Positions 11,151-24,760 of a DNA stretch of 64,000 nucleotides are shown piece after piece (position 1 is the stretch's first letter; every line of letters starts with the position of its first letter). The stretch is from Eledone cirrhosa (Eukaryota). The position numbers were made by a program, and so were the translations under genes. The DNA is taken from positions 5,021 to 69,020 of the forward strand of contig CAXHJY010000846.1 in the NCBI GenBank assembly GCA_964016885.1. Reading direction: 5' to 3'. The notes beneath the pieces were generated by a model, which did no database searches, was not told the origin of the DNA, and saw only the letters and a list, made by a program, of their open reading frames with translations.

Positions 11151-13180
11151 ATGTGTACATATATATGTGTGTCTGTATGCTGTATGTATGTATGTTTTCT
11201 CTTTCTCTTAATTTCGAGTATATTTTTTTGACCGGCCACCTTCCTGGTGGCAAGGTTGTAAAAGAAAAGAAATTGTCATCCCTTGAATCACAAGAATGTT
11301 TTGCAAATTTTGAAGGTGCCAGCTATCGCAGCCATTTGTATGTATATATATGTGTATGTTTGTCTGTCTGTATGTATTTATAATATGTATGTACATATGC
11401 ATCCATATATATATATATATCTCTATATGTATGTATGTATGTATGTATGTGTACATGTATGTATGTATATATGTATGTATGCACATATGCATGCATATAT
11501 TTATGTATATATCTATATATGTATGTATGTATATATGTATATATATGTATATATGTATATATGTATATATGTATATATGTATGTATATATGTATATATGT
11601 ATGTATATATGTATGTATATATATCTATATATGTATGTATGTATAGATCTATATATGTATGTATGAACAGCTGACTTCTACAACAGAGCATGTTTGTATG
11701 TGTACATATATATGTGTGTGTGTATGCTGTATGTATGTATGTATATATATGTGTATGTTTGTCTGTCTGTATGTATGTATAATATGTATGTACATATGCA
11801 TCCATATATTTATATATATCTCTATATGTATGTATGTATGTATGTGTACATGTATGTATATATGTATGTATGCACATATGCATGCATATATTTATGTATA
11901 TATCTATATATGTATGTATGTATATATGTATATATATATGTATATATGTATATATGTATATATGTATATACATATGTATATATGTATATATGTATGTATA
12001 TATGTATGTATATATATCTATATATGTATGTATGTATAGATCTATATATGTATGTATGAACAGCTGACTTCTACAACAGAGCATGTTTGTATGTGTACAT
12101 ATATATGTGTGTGTGTATGCTGTATGTATGTATATATATATATGTGTATGTTTGTCTGTCTGTATGTATGTATAATATGTATGTACATATGCATCCATAT
12201 ATTTATATATATCTCTATATGTATGTATGTATGTATGTGTACATGTATGTATATATGTATGTATGCACATATGCATGCATATATTTATGTATATATCTAT
12301 ATATGTATGTATGTATATATGTATATACATATGTATATATGTATATATGTATGTATATATGTATGTATATATATCTATATATGTATGTATATATCTATAT
12401 ATGTATGTATGAACAGCTGACTTCTACAACAGAGCATGTTTGCATGTGTTCATATATATATGTGTATGTATGTTTGTATGTATATATGTATGTATGTTTG
12501 TCTGTCTGTATGTATGTATGTATGTATGTATGTATGTATGTATGTATGTATGTATGTATGTATGTATGTGTACATATATGTATGTATAATATAATATGTA
12601 TCTACATATGCATCCATATATTTATATATATCTCTATATGTATGTTTGTATGTATGTATGTGTACATGTATGTATGTATATATGTATGTGTACATGTATG
12701 TATGTATATATGTATGTATGTTTGTCTGTATGTATGTATGTATGTATGTATGTATGTATGTATGTATGTATGTATGTATGTGTACATATATGTATGTATA
12801 ATATGTATGTATATATGCATCCATATATTTATATATATCTCTATATGTATGTTTGTATGTATGTATGTGTACATGTATGTATGTATATATGTATGTGTAC
12901 ATGTATGTATGTATATATGTATGTATGTTTGTCTGTATGTATGTATGTATGTATGTATGTATGTATGTATGTATGTATGTATGTGTACATATATGTATGT
13001 ATAATATAATATGTATGTACATATGCATCCATATATTTATATATATCTCTATATGTATGTTTGTATGTATGTATGTGTACATGTATGTATGTATATATGT
13101 ATGTGTACATGTATGTATGTATATATGTATGTATGCACATATGCATGCATATATTTATGTATATATCTATATATGTATGT
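11118..13180. repeat. Compound satellite of roughly 210-550 bp units built from TATG microsatellite plus fixed anchors
   Basis: Anchor tgaacagctgacttctacaacagagcatgtttg at about 11118, 11664, 12057 and 12410; second anchor atgcatccatatat recurs six times. Confidence 0.9.
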
Positions 13181-13477
13181 GGAGGTTGTCTTTATAATGT
13201 ATATAATGAAATTTACTTTCTACTTCTAGCGACAATTTGCCATTACTTACTTTAGCCAGCTCCCTGATGCAGGAACTGTTGGTACTTCACAGGTGATATA
13301 TAATAACAATAGATACATCTCTCATCCCCGCTCTTTCTCTCAGTCTATTTATCTTTTACTCCTCTTTCTCTTTCTCTCTTTCTTTCTCTCTCTCTCTCTC
13401 TTTCTTTCTTTCTCTTTCTCTCACTGTGAGTGTTTTAGTGGAGTTATCTCTCTTGCCCCTTCGGGGCAATATTTCAT

Positions 13478-13555
<78 letters not shown>

Positions 13556-13558
13556 TAC

Positions 13559-13649
<91 letters not shown>

Positions 13650-14054
13650 TATATATATATATATTCATACACACTCACACACACACGCCCACACACACAC
13701 ACATATATATATATGTGTGTGTGAGTCTGTGTGGTTGTGTGTCTGTGTGGACTGTGTGTATATATGTGTGCTTGTGTTTGTGTATGTGTGTCTCTAGTTC
13801 TAGTGACATAGTTTGTCAGTGTTTGCCTTTCAATCATGTGACCTAGGACTGATAATAATTGAAAATATTGTTTTTGTATTTTTTTCATTGGTTTGTCTGT
13901 TTGTTTGATAGAGATGGAAGGTAATGATGTGTAGGAGGAGGAGTAGTATGAGGAGGGGAGGGGAGGAGGAGGAGGAGGACAGAGAGAAGGTTAAGAAGAA
14001 GCATTACCCTGTTTACCACTACCACCACTGTCAACCCCCACCACTGCCACCACC

Positions 14055-14610
14055 ATATTGAGTAGAGACAGAGTATATTGAGTTGAGGCAGAGCCCATTG
14101 AATGGTAGCAGAATATATTGAGTGGAGGTAGAGCATATTAAGAGGAAACAGAGTATGTTGAGTGGAGATAGAGCATATTGAGTGGAATCAGAGCATATTG
14201 AGTGGAGACAAAACACATTGAGTGGAAGAAGAGCTCATTGGGTGGAGGCAGTGCACATTGGAAGCAGAAAAGATTGAGTGAGAGCAGAATATATTGAGTG
14301 AAGGTAGAGGATATTGAGTAGAGGCATAACATGTTGAATGGAGGCAGAGCATATTGCGTGGAGTCAGAGCACATTGAGTGGAAGCAGAGATCATTGAGTG
14401 GAGTTAGAACAGATTGAATGAGGCAGAATATATTGAGTGGTGGAGGTAGAGCATATTAAGAAGAGGCAGAGCATGTTGAGTGGAGACCGAGCATATTGAG
14501 TGAAGTCAGAGCATATTGAGTGGAAGTAGAGCACATTGGGTAGAGGCAGAACAGACTGAGTGGAGGTAGAGCATGTTGAATGGAGGCAGGGCATATTGAG
14601 TAGAGGCTGA
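14055..14610. repeat. 20-bp minisatellite (gagcatattgagtggaggca), about 27 diverged units
   Basis: Clear 20-nt periodicity, e.g. 14161-14220. Confidence 0.92.
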
Positions 14611-14819
14611 ACAGAAAGGAAGAAAAAGAAGCTAAGGCATGTGTGAAGCAGTGTTACAATGTTTAAAAAGAATGTATGTATGTTTAAAATAGTTCCAGTA
14701 TGGCTCTCATCATAATCATCACCATTTAATATTGGTTTTCTATACTTGCATGGCTGTTGTGTGCTGAGGCTAACTGAGTCATTTAACCACATCCTGCTCA
14801 TGCACTCTGTTTTTGGCTT

Positions 14820-15000
14820 GGTTGCTATGGCTGGATAACCTTTCTAACACCAACCACTTTGCAGCATGTACTGGAAGAATAATTTCTATGGCTGTATAAC
14901 CATCCTAAAACCAACCACTTTGCAGCATGTACTAGGAGAATGGTTGCTCTAGCTGAATCACCTTCCTAAGACTAACCCCCTTTGCAGCATGTACTTGGAA
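14820..15000. repeat. Tandem triplication of a ~60-bp SINE-derived segment
   Basis: Three copies of ..ctatggctggataacc..ctaa..ccaaccactttgcagcatgtact; a single-copy equivalent occurs at about 51620-51680. Confidence 0.8.
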
Positions 15001-16812
15001 CATTTTAACATACTTTAGCACTACACCATACATGGTGAACTGGGTGCTTAGGTAAATTAGTGTTAATATATTAACTATTTTGTTACCCTATTTCTAATAA
15101 AATACACTGTCTATGTGTTTCAATTAATTTTGAAAATAGTAACAAATTTGCTAAAATTTAATAAAATAACTAACCTTTCTTATTAAGTCTTTGGAACATA
15201 TCAAAAACTTCTTAAATAAAATTATGGTAGAAGGTTTAAATTTGAATATGAATCTTTTAGAATTAGAGGTTTTGTATTACAAAACCGGAGCTGGGTTGAT
15301 GTCAAAAGTGAGGAATCAAAAATGTATGAATCATTAAAAAAATAGCTATAAATAAGTATGCATGACATCTAGACAAAGGAGTGTAAAAGCTGGTACTGAG
15401 GGATTCAGGACACAGAATTGGGAAAGTGTGGTAGACAACATGTTATATACATTGATAGAAACATGATACTGGCTTGGAATCTATCTGGGAACTGGAGATG
15501 GCAATGATAGACAGTATTGCAGAAAAGGATCATGTCCTAACTAATATATGCATTTTCTGTCAAGTAAGAAAGGCAGTTCTGAATATATTTTCATCTTATT
15601 CTGACCTTGTCAGTAAAAAATTGCTGGATGAATCACTGTAAATGGAAGGATTATTGTTGAAGAAGGGGAATTTCAACTGAGATATATTTTTGAACAGGAA
15701 AAATTGAGTAAAAAAATAAAATAATTAAAATTTATGAAATTGTTGTTGTTATAGTTACCCTGCAGATAGATGTATAAAGATGCTTATTAAAATTTTATTG
15801 TTTTTACTTCTATCTTTGATTTAAATGTTTTGTTAAGTAGAAAAGAAGACAGAATTCTGTTACCATCAAGGAAATGGCTGTGCTTTCTTTGTCTATTTGT
15901 AAGTTAAACTACCTCTAAAACTAATATATAGCTAATAACATTTTTTTTATCAGGATATTAAAACATTTTAAAGCAATGGTAATTTAAGAAAACATAGATA
16001 TCAGCAACCTGTGCCATTGTTACCCATTGATACAAGCTCAGACAGTATAGGAGAAGGCTATCTGGAATGGAGCATAGCAAGGGAGATGTGTTGAAATAAC
16101 CACTCTAATTTGTGGGGCTTACTCCTTGTGTAAGATTTTTTTTTTTGCAGAATTTTTAATTATCTGCAGAATTTTAAATTATCAAGCCCTATTCTTTTGT
16201 ATCTCATAAAAATGGTTACCATATTTCTAATGAAAAACACTGACTGATTTTCAAATAATTTTGAAAATAATCAAGAATTTGGAGTGATTTAGTAAAAGAA
16301 CAAACTTTCTCATTATTAAGTTCATGACTGGAGCATAACTTAAAAGTTCTTACACAAAATTATGATGGAAAGTTTTTATATAAATATAAACACTTTAAAA
16401 TAACAGTTTAGTATTGTAGAACCAGGGATACAGGAGCTTTGGTATTAAAAAAAGTTACAGATGACTACAATAGTTTATTTATATTCTGAAACCAAGATTT
16501 CAGGCAGTTTGGTATAGAAAGGGTTCAGGATGAAACATCAGTAGGCTTCTTTTCAAAAGGGTTTAGGAATTTGAACTCTGAACCATAAACTGGGCAGTGT
16601 AAACTCTCTATATTCTCTTCTCATTGTGACATCATCACAGCATTGCTTATATTTAAAAACACAATGAAAGAGTCCATATTTATTACATAATTATTTTGTG
16701 AGAGGTCAGTAAACTTTAATGATTTTGTGGGAAATCTACAAATGGTTCTATTTTCGTTGGGAAAATGTTGATAAAGATTTTTGAACAGATAATATATAAG
16801 ATTATCTAATAA

Positions 16813-16843
16813 TCTATATATCTAAAACAGAGAACGTCTGTCC

Positions 16844-16883
<40 letters not shown>

Positions 16884-17544
16884 GATTCCCTAAAACTCGA
16901 GAATCACCCAACCGATTTTTTTCAAACTTCACACATGTAATACTTATGGTCGTGTGAGTGTTTTGAGCAAAACATATTTCAAATTTTCAATGCCCTAGGG
17001 ACCGCATTAGGCGATTTAGCGATCTCTCTCTGTCTTTATTAGTCTGTCTTTTTAAATAGATACATAGCTACAACGTCGCGCCCTTATAATATCTGTCTGT
17101 ATGACTGGCTGTCTGCATTACGACATTGTGACACTATCTATATGTGAGTGTATATATGTATATATAGTGTGTTATATTTTTCGAAATATTTACTTCTGCA
17201 TTCTTCGCTTAAACTTTAATCTGTTATTTTAATATATATATATATATAATTATATATTCGTGTACAGATATTTTTGCATACACAATAACAAAATATAAAC
17301 AAACGTATTTATTTCACGAGGCTCGACAGCAGCAAAAACAACAACAAAAAAAGAGTGGGAACGCAATTATATGCTTTTGAAAAATCTTAATGGAAAATTA
17401 TTTGCCTATTCACCCAAGGCGACTTCACTTTTTATTAGGACTTCTGCATCAATTGGTGAACATACGACGAAACTGTTTTAGAAAGGAGGGATAAACATGA
17501 CAATCTATGTTTAGAATCACGAGCAATGCCAGGCCATTCTGTAG
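16813..17544 (+). mobile_element. Non-autonomous Helitron-like element
   Basis: 5' TCTATATAT..AAAA, (GTCT)n tract, 3' GC-rich motif followed by GTAG; homologous minus-strand copy at 57773-59078. Confidence 0.75.
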
Positions 17545-20161
17545 TCTATATATATAAAACAGAAGATGTCTGTCTGTCTGTGTAACCGCATGCATTTATA
17601 CATTTTACAACTGATTTGCACCAAATTTCCTACATAGGTTTCTGAAGTCCTATTACGTGTCGTAGGCTATTTTACTTTTCCATACATTGATTGTGGGGCT
17701 CCCCAGGGGCAGATAACCTCCTTAAGCCTCTCACTTGGAGTCAGCAGTACTACTGCATAAAGGCCCCATAATTCCTGCAGTTTGCCTCCCATCTTCACCA
17801 AAATTAGTCTTTTGTTTGCTTATGGCCTACAAATAAATTTGAAGGCATGCACTTGTGCAGAAATTCAGGTAGGGGACCCTTTGGGGGGCAGTAAACCGAC
17901 TTGGTGAATGTTGAAGTTGATATCATCAATGCAACAAAACGTCATAACTGCTTGAGTTGGTATTTGGTTTTCATGAAGCGAGACGTATTGGTTACCCAGG
18001 GCTTATAAAGGAAGGTGAACACATGAACTTTTACTTGAACTTATCACACTTCTTTTTTGGCTTTTGACTTATCTATTGAAGTTCACATTAACACTGTATT
18101 AGTACCTGATAACTTTTGAAGTTTACATTCGCTTTTAACTTTACCGGACACATTGGTTACCCATTGCCTAAAGATGGTGTTGAAGACACTGTCTATACCC
18201 GGAACAAGCAAGGGGACCCTCAGGGGGCAATAAGCCCGGCGATTCATTTATTGAATTTGGCTATTGTAATGCGTCATAGCTTCGATAATTGGTAGTCCAA
18301 TAAAACGAATTTCGACTTAGTTGTTATCCATGTACTACAGATGAAGATACAGTGAGGCACATTTACTTTCATTTCAATTCAGCAAGAGGACCCCCTTGGG
18401 GACAATGAGTTCAATTCATTAACCTATAAAAGTTCAAACTGTCACAATAAAAAAGCACCATAACCTCAGGAGTTTATACTTGATTCTTACAAAAACTAAA
18501 CGAAATGGTTATTGCCTGCCATAATATAAAGCACCACACATTCGTTATCACTTGAATTTTGCAAGGGAACCCCCCAGGGAGGGAAGTGAGCCCCTTTGGA
18601 CCACTTTTAAAGTTCATGTTATGGTTGCAGCAAAGCATTTCAACTTCTGGAAATAAAAGTGAATTTAAACGAAAGTTGACGCATCGGTTACTCATGTCCT
18701 ACAAATGGAGTAGCGAATTTTTAAATCCCCCTGACTTAACTTTAGTTTGTTTAGTTAACTTTAGGATGATTGAATTTAATTTTGCACCCAGTTGTCTCCC
18801 CCGTGTAATTGCACCACAATTAAGTGTGAAATAGGGAGTTAAATTTTTGTCCTTGAACTTTGGCGTCATTTCACACACCTAACCAAGAAAGTGCGATTTA
18901 ATCCAGGTGTAAATTTTAACGCCTACTGTATGTGGATTGTTCTATTTCACACTTATGCCTAAACTGTGCGAATGATTGATTAGTTTTTGCACCCGGTTGT
19001 CTACCCCGTTTAATTGCACCTGAATTAAGAGCGAAATGGGTTGTGTTCAGTGAGTTGTGTTCAGTAGATTTCATCATAATTATTTGTATTATCTAACCAA
19101 TCAGACAACTCATTGAGCGAAATCACTCCTATTTATATCGGGCAAGTCCGACCTAGGATCACACTTCTTTTTTGGCTTTTGACAAGTGGTAGGTTTTTTT
19201 TACATGCGTACTCTCATAAGCTACCCCATGTTTCTGAAACGCATACTTCTTCAATATTTGACACCTTAAAGGAGGTTTAGTTAATGTGTTTATGGTCATA
19301 AGGTTCCAGTTTATCATGCTGTGATTTTTCGGCCATTTTTGCCTGTATCCTTTCAATGGTTAGTACTTACTTATTGCTATGTTCGAACTGAACAAATATA
19401 CTGACACTTATATACCTAATACTGTAGCCACACTATTTAATTTACTTTATCACAGGTAGTCCGTGCGCTGAGTTGCCCCTAACTTAAAACCTGAAATTTG
19501 ACTGGTACACAAAATCTTTCTCAGACCACATAGATCACATTTTTTTTACAATTTATATCCATGTTTAGATTTGCTTACTTAGACGTTATTTGTCCACTAT
19601 TTATCGTTCTCCTTGGTTAATTTTCTAAAAACAATGCCCCCGAGAAAAGAATTTTCATTGGTTGATTATCTAATGATGCAAGTAGGTCTAAGCGAAGGCG
19701 TCTCACCGAAGATGTAAATGCGACTGCGATCAGGCTCTCACAGAATGCTGTGCAGGCGGCAGCTGCAAGAGCGGAGGAGGATGACAGTCAGCGTGAACTT
19801 CGACGGAACAAAGATGCTGCCGCGACTGCTGCTGCTCGCGCTCAAAAGGTTGAAGGACGACGCCCCGTTCGACGAAGCAGGGATGCCACTGCAACATCCG
19901 CTGCTCGCACTCGAGAGGATGAAGGATGACGCGCCGTTCGATGAAGCAGGGACGCTGCTGTCACTGCTGCTGCACGAAATACTGAAACCAGAGAGCAACG
20001 ACGTGGCCGACTTCTGCAAAGTGAACAGCGGCGATCATCGTTACGTGGCATTTCTAGGACTTACAATTCACAATGGTTGTTGAAGGCCTTTCACTACGAC
20101 CACTCCTTCGACTACGCTGTGCTCGCCTGGAAACCTGCATGTCTACAAGTCCCCTGACTCT

Positions 20162-20644
20162 ATGGCTGATCCGGACAAAGAATTTCTTCACTCCCTAGAC
20201 CCTCCTGGATTGCCACCACACTTACTGCGACTTAAGAAAGGTGCCCCTGTCATGCTCCTCAGGAATTTGGAACCCCAAAGGCTTTCCAACAGCACGTGTC
20301 TGGTCGTCCAAAAGGCGATGCCTCATATTATTGAGGCAACAATACTTACAGGATGTGGTAAGGGAGATACTGTCTTCATACCAAGGATACCTCACATTCC
20401 ATCCGGTAAAGACATTCCTTTCACATTCAGAAGGTTGTAATTCCCTCTCCGGCTCAGTTTTACCATGTCGATTAACAAATCACAGGGTCAGACGCTGACG
20501 GTCATAGGGCTTAATTTAGAAGAACCGTGCTTCTTCTATGGTCAACTATATGTTGGCTGCTATCGAATGGGGAGCCGATATAACCTATTTTCTTTTGCAA
20601 CTCGCGAGAAAACCCAAAATATAGTCTATAAGGAAGTTTTGTAG
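20162..20644 (+). pseudogene. Helitron Pif1-family helicase C-terminal remnant
   Basis: EFLHSLDPPGLPPHLLRLKKGAPVMLLRNL, FIPRIP, FRRL*FPLRLSFTMSINKSQGQTL, GQLYV, NIVYKEVL*. Confidence 0.92.
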
Positions 20645-21020
20645 GCACCCCATCCGCCAACAAGTAACCGCTGATTTTTTTTGTATAAGTGCTTACATTT
20701 GCTGTATCAGTGCTATTTTTGTCCTTTTGACAATACCAAGTTCGCCTCTGAGGTTGCTTTTGCTATACGTTATAAATGTTCAATGTCTCCGTTTTCCACA
20801 TTTATATGTTGCTATTACGCTTTGCTATCGATGTTCCGTGGTTTTAACCTAATTAATCTACTTTTCCCTACATCTTATTTACACATTTCTTTGACATTCC
20901 AGCGTGATCTTGCCAAGGCCGTTTTTGTGGCCACCGACTGTTACATGCTTTTCTAGGTTACAATCTCAAATAACAAGCAAAGCAAATACGACGCACCAAA
21001 GTTGTGTGAAGGACTTCTTA

Positions 21021-21415
21021 AGGGCCACCACCTCTAATCAGAGTCGTCTTTGCTGACAGCTCTGCCGCTGGGACTTTTAAGAGTGAACGATCCAAGGCTC
21101 TCTTCAGGGCCACCAAGTTTAAACTGTTACCATCGGATTCATCTTTGCTAGCAGCACCGCCGCTGAGATATTTCAAAGTGAACGTTAAGAGGTCCTCTTC
21201 AGGGCCACCAACTATAAATTGTTATCGTTGGATTTGTCTTTGCTGGCAGCACCGCCACTGAGACTTTTAAGAGTGAACGATCCAAGGCTCTCTTTAGAGC
21301 CACCAACTTTAAATTGTTATCATCGGATTCGTCTTTTCTGGCAGCACTGCCGCAGAGATACTTCAAAGTGAACGTTCAAAGGCCCTCTTTAGGGACAACA
21401 CTTATAAATTGTTAA
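21021..21415. repeat. ~95-bp tandem repeat with alternating A/B units
   Basis: Unit starts (agggccacca-like) at about 21021, 21106, 21201, 21296 and 21391. Confidence 0.85.
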
Positions 21416-21506
21416 TTCTCTAGTAATAAATATAAGGAAATCAGAAACTTTACATTTCCACAAACTTAAATTTGATATCAAACTGCTTGGAACAGTTCAT
21501 GGTTTT

Positions 21507-21682
21507 ATGATACAAATGTTTTTATTTTAAATTGTTTATACTCATCTAAAAAATATCCCATCATAATTTATGTAAGAGACCATGGCTTTTGGTGCATAAT
21601 TTAACAAAGTCTCTTACATAAATTATCATGGGATATTTTTTAGATGAGTATAAACAATTTAAAATAAAAACATTTGTATCAT
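21507..21682. repeat. Near-perfect 74-bp inverted repeat with 28-nt loop
   Basis: 21507-21580 is the reverse complement of 21609-21682 with few mismatches. Confidence 0.9.
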
Positions 21683-22546
21683 ATATATATATATTTATTT
21701 ATCTATTTACTATTTACCACACCACATTAATAACTACAATTGTGTATGAACATTGATATGAAAGTTAATTATATTACTAAATTACTGCAAATTCAAAATG
21801 ATTTGAAAATTAAATCAAAGATTTTCATTAGTACAAAAGGAGGCTAAATCTTCTTCTTCTTCTTCTTCTTCTTCTTCTTCTTCTTCTTCTTCTTCTTCTT
21901 CTTCTTCTCTCCCTCTTCCCCTCCTCCTTCTTCATATATATGAAGAAGAAAAAGAAGATTTAACTAAATCAAAAGATATAATCTTTTCATTGGTTTTAGT
22001 TATTGGAATGTGGCCATGCTTGGGTACCACCCTCAATGGTTTAGTTGATCATATTAACTATCAATATTTATTTCAGTCTGGTACTTATTTTATCAAACTC
22101 TTTTAGTCAAACTGTTAAGTTACATGACATAAAGAGACACAAAATATATTATACTAGTATTTATACTCGTAAAGACATAAACACTGACACTCACACATAT
22201 ACATATTGATACACATAGACATACACACATACATACATGTGGTCAATTTGGCCAAGTCATTAAAGGGTTGGATAGTTTTTCAGGCTCTCTAAACTCTGAG
22301 TTGAAATCTCACCAAGGTCCATTCTATCTTTCATCCTTTTGGGGTCAATAAAGAAAAGTGCCAACCTAATACTAGTGTAGCCCTTTGTGTCTTTCCAGCT
22401 CTCACATTCTGGATGCTCCACTGGATCAAAGGAGGAAGAACCAAGAGGGCATCAGTATCTATTCACAACTACATCGGCAACTAAGCCCCTTAGAGAAAGT
22501 ATGATGTATACTATCAAAACATACTTGATCTTGATTTACAGCTATG

Positions 22547-22765
22547 GTATCATCATCATCATTTTACATCCGCTTTTCCCTGCTTGCAAGGGTGGGATAG
22601 GTCCTATTCAGCATCTCTCCATTCGTCATGGTCCTTCGTCATCTCCTCCGTGAGCTTCAGCGATCTGAGGTCAGCTCTCACCACCTTTGCCCATGATTTT
22701 CGTGGTCTTCTTCTACTGTGTCTTCCTTCTACTGAGATTTCTTGGCACTTCTTTACCCAGTGGTA
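22547..22765 (-). mobile_element. RTE LINE 3' fragment
   Basis: Homologous to 9880-10100, including the ccttgcaagcagggaaaagcggatg tail and (gat)n. Confidence 0.85.
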
Positions 22766-22889
22766 GCTTATATATATATCATCATCACCGTTTAACGTCG
22801 ATTTTCCATGCTAGCTTGGGTTAGACAAGTTGTCCCGTTGTGAAACAAGTCAGATCAGATGAGTATATCTTGCTCATACAGAACTGTTT

Positions 22890-23878
22890 CTGGCTTGGTT
22901 TACTGACTGCCAAGTCCGAAATTAGTTTTCAAAGTTCGTGCTGGGGATACATCATTCAGAGATTAACCCAGACCAGGACACTTATCAGACCTCAATCAAG
23001 AATCTTTAAGAGAATTGGTGGAATGCAATCCGCATTCGAGAATTAGCACTTGACCTTAACATATCCCAATCCACAATCTACTACCACTTGGAAAAGATAG
23101 GAAAAGTGAGCAAGCTGGGCGTTTGGGTTCCTCATACTCTTAGTTAGAAAAACAAGGAAGATCGCATATCCATATTGACAAGTCTTCTTTCAAGGCAGAG
23201 AAATTACCCATTTCTCAAGAATATCATTGCAGGTGATGAAAAATGGGTCTTTCATGACAATGTTCAATGCAAAAGGCAGCGGATTGACAAGGATAAATCT
23301 CCACAGCCTACCCCAAAGATGGAGCTTCATGGAAGAACAGTTATGCTGTGTGTATGGTGGGATCACTGTGGTATTATTCATTTTGAGTTGTTAAACTATA
23401 ATTAGACACTCAATGCAGACTTATACTCTCAACAATTGCAACATGTATATGGAAATATTCAAAGAAAACGCTCTTAACTCTTCAACAAGAGAAACGTTGT
23501 GCTTCTCCATGATAATGCAAAGCCACATTCAGCAAGAATCACGCTGGAAAAAATATTGGATTTAGGCTAGTCTGTTCTACCCCATCCACCATATTTACTA
23601 GATGTTGCATCAAGTGATTTCCATCTTTTTTATTCTCTACAAAATGCTCTGAATGGCAAAAAGTTTTCTCAAGAAGATCAGGTGAAAACATTTCAGGAAA
23701 ACTTCTTGAGCTTCAAACCAGCTGAATTTTACTTAAGAGAAATCAACAAGCTACCCGGGAAATGGCAAGGGGTGATTCAAAATGATGGCTATTGATTGAA
23801 ATTAATTCATTGTTAAATTAATAATTCACGAATAAATTATTTTACTAAATCAGAAATTAATTATGACACAACCCAATA
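22890..23878 (+). mobile_element. mariner (DD34D) transposase pseudogene with right TIR
   Basis: WVPHTL, GDEKW, VMLCVWWD, HDNAKPH, HPPY...SDFHLF; second D 23511 to third D 23616 gives 34 intervening codons; ends ...acaacccaa-TA. Confidence 0.92.
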
Positions 23879-23894
23879 TGTATGTATGTATTCT

Positions 23895-24200
23895 TACAAG
23901 GCTTCTTTTTACTCTTGTGAGACTTGGGTGGTTTACAGGAAACATTTAAAATTATAGGAGCACTTCCACCTAAGCTGCCTTAGATCAATCTTGGGCATCC
24001 ACTGGTTCTCATATGTTCCAGTCACAGAGGTTGGAACAAGCTGATACACTCTGTATAGAAGATGTTATATACAGGCATCGCCTTCACTGGGCAGGACATC
24101 TGATACGGTTGGATGATAGCTGTATTCTCAAGCAGAACCTTTACAGAGATCTGGCTGAAGGAATAAAGCCTCAACAAAGCCAAAGAAGTGTATGTATGCA
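23895..24200 (+). mobile_element. RTE/BovB-like LINE C-terminal fragment
   Basis: YSCETW..YRKH, CLRSILGIHW, RLHWAGHLIRLDD..KQ.LY..L.EG. Confidence 0.75.
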
Positions 24201-24760
24201 CGATAGAATTAATTAATAATTATTAATAATGGTATATCATACAATGGCCATACTCGATAACGAGGGGGCAGCCATCATGTATGTATATATGTATGTGTGT
24301 ATGTATGTATGTGTGTATGTATGTGTGTATGTATGCTCTTCTAGTTTTATAATTTCACAAATTTTTACCAATAGAGAGAGAGTCGGTTTCTAACATAGAT
24401 ACAAGACTCTCTCATTGGAATTTACACAACATCAACTAGGTATGTGTGCATGTCTGCATGCATGTGTGTGCTGGTATGGATGTTTTTGTATGTGTGGAGG
24501 TGTATGTTTTGAGTTATATGTGTGCTTTGTATCTGTACATGTGTACATGTGTACATGTGTACATGGAGTTATTATGTATGCATGTATGATTGTATGTATG
24601 TAAGTGTGTATGTATGTATATGTCATGAGAAGGCCATGTGTTGGACTTCTGTTGTCAGAGGCTATATGAGACTTAATCCTTTTGAGATATTTTAGTAAAG
24701 AGTAGATTTTCAGTCCTACTCTCACCCAGGCAATGTCAACCTTAGGAGTTCATATGTATG

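Larger units (their letters stand above)
17545..21423 (+). mobile_element. Internally deleted Helitron (RepHel N-terminus plus Pif1 helicase C-terminus); 3' boundary uncertain
   Basis: 5' TCTATATATATAAAAC; charged-repeat N-terminus from ATG 19634; helicase remnant 20162-20644; CTAG at 21420-21423. Confidence 0.8.

Noticed and set aside
11118-12450. CRISPR-like look of a conserved 33-bp repeat with spacers
   Set aside because: Spacers are hundreds of bp of mutually homologous microsatellite; eukaryotic context; no cas genes.
19718-20083. 121-aa ORF treated as a host gene
   Set aside because: Mixed-frame reading of the frameshifted Helitron N-terminal repeat region.
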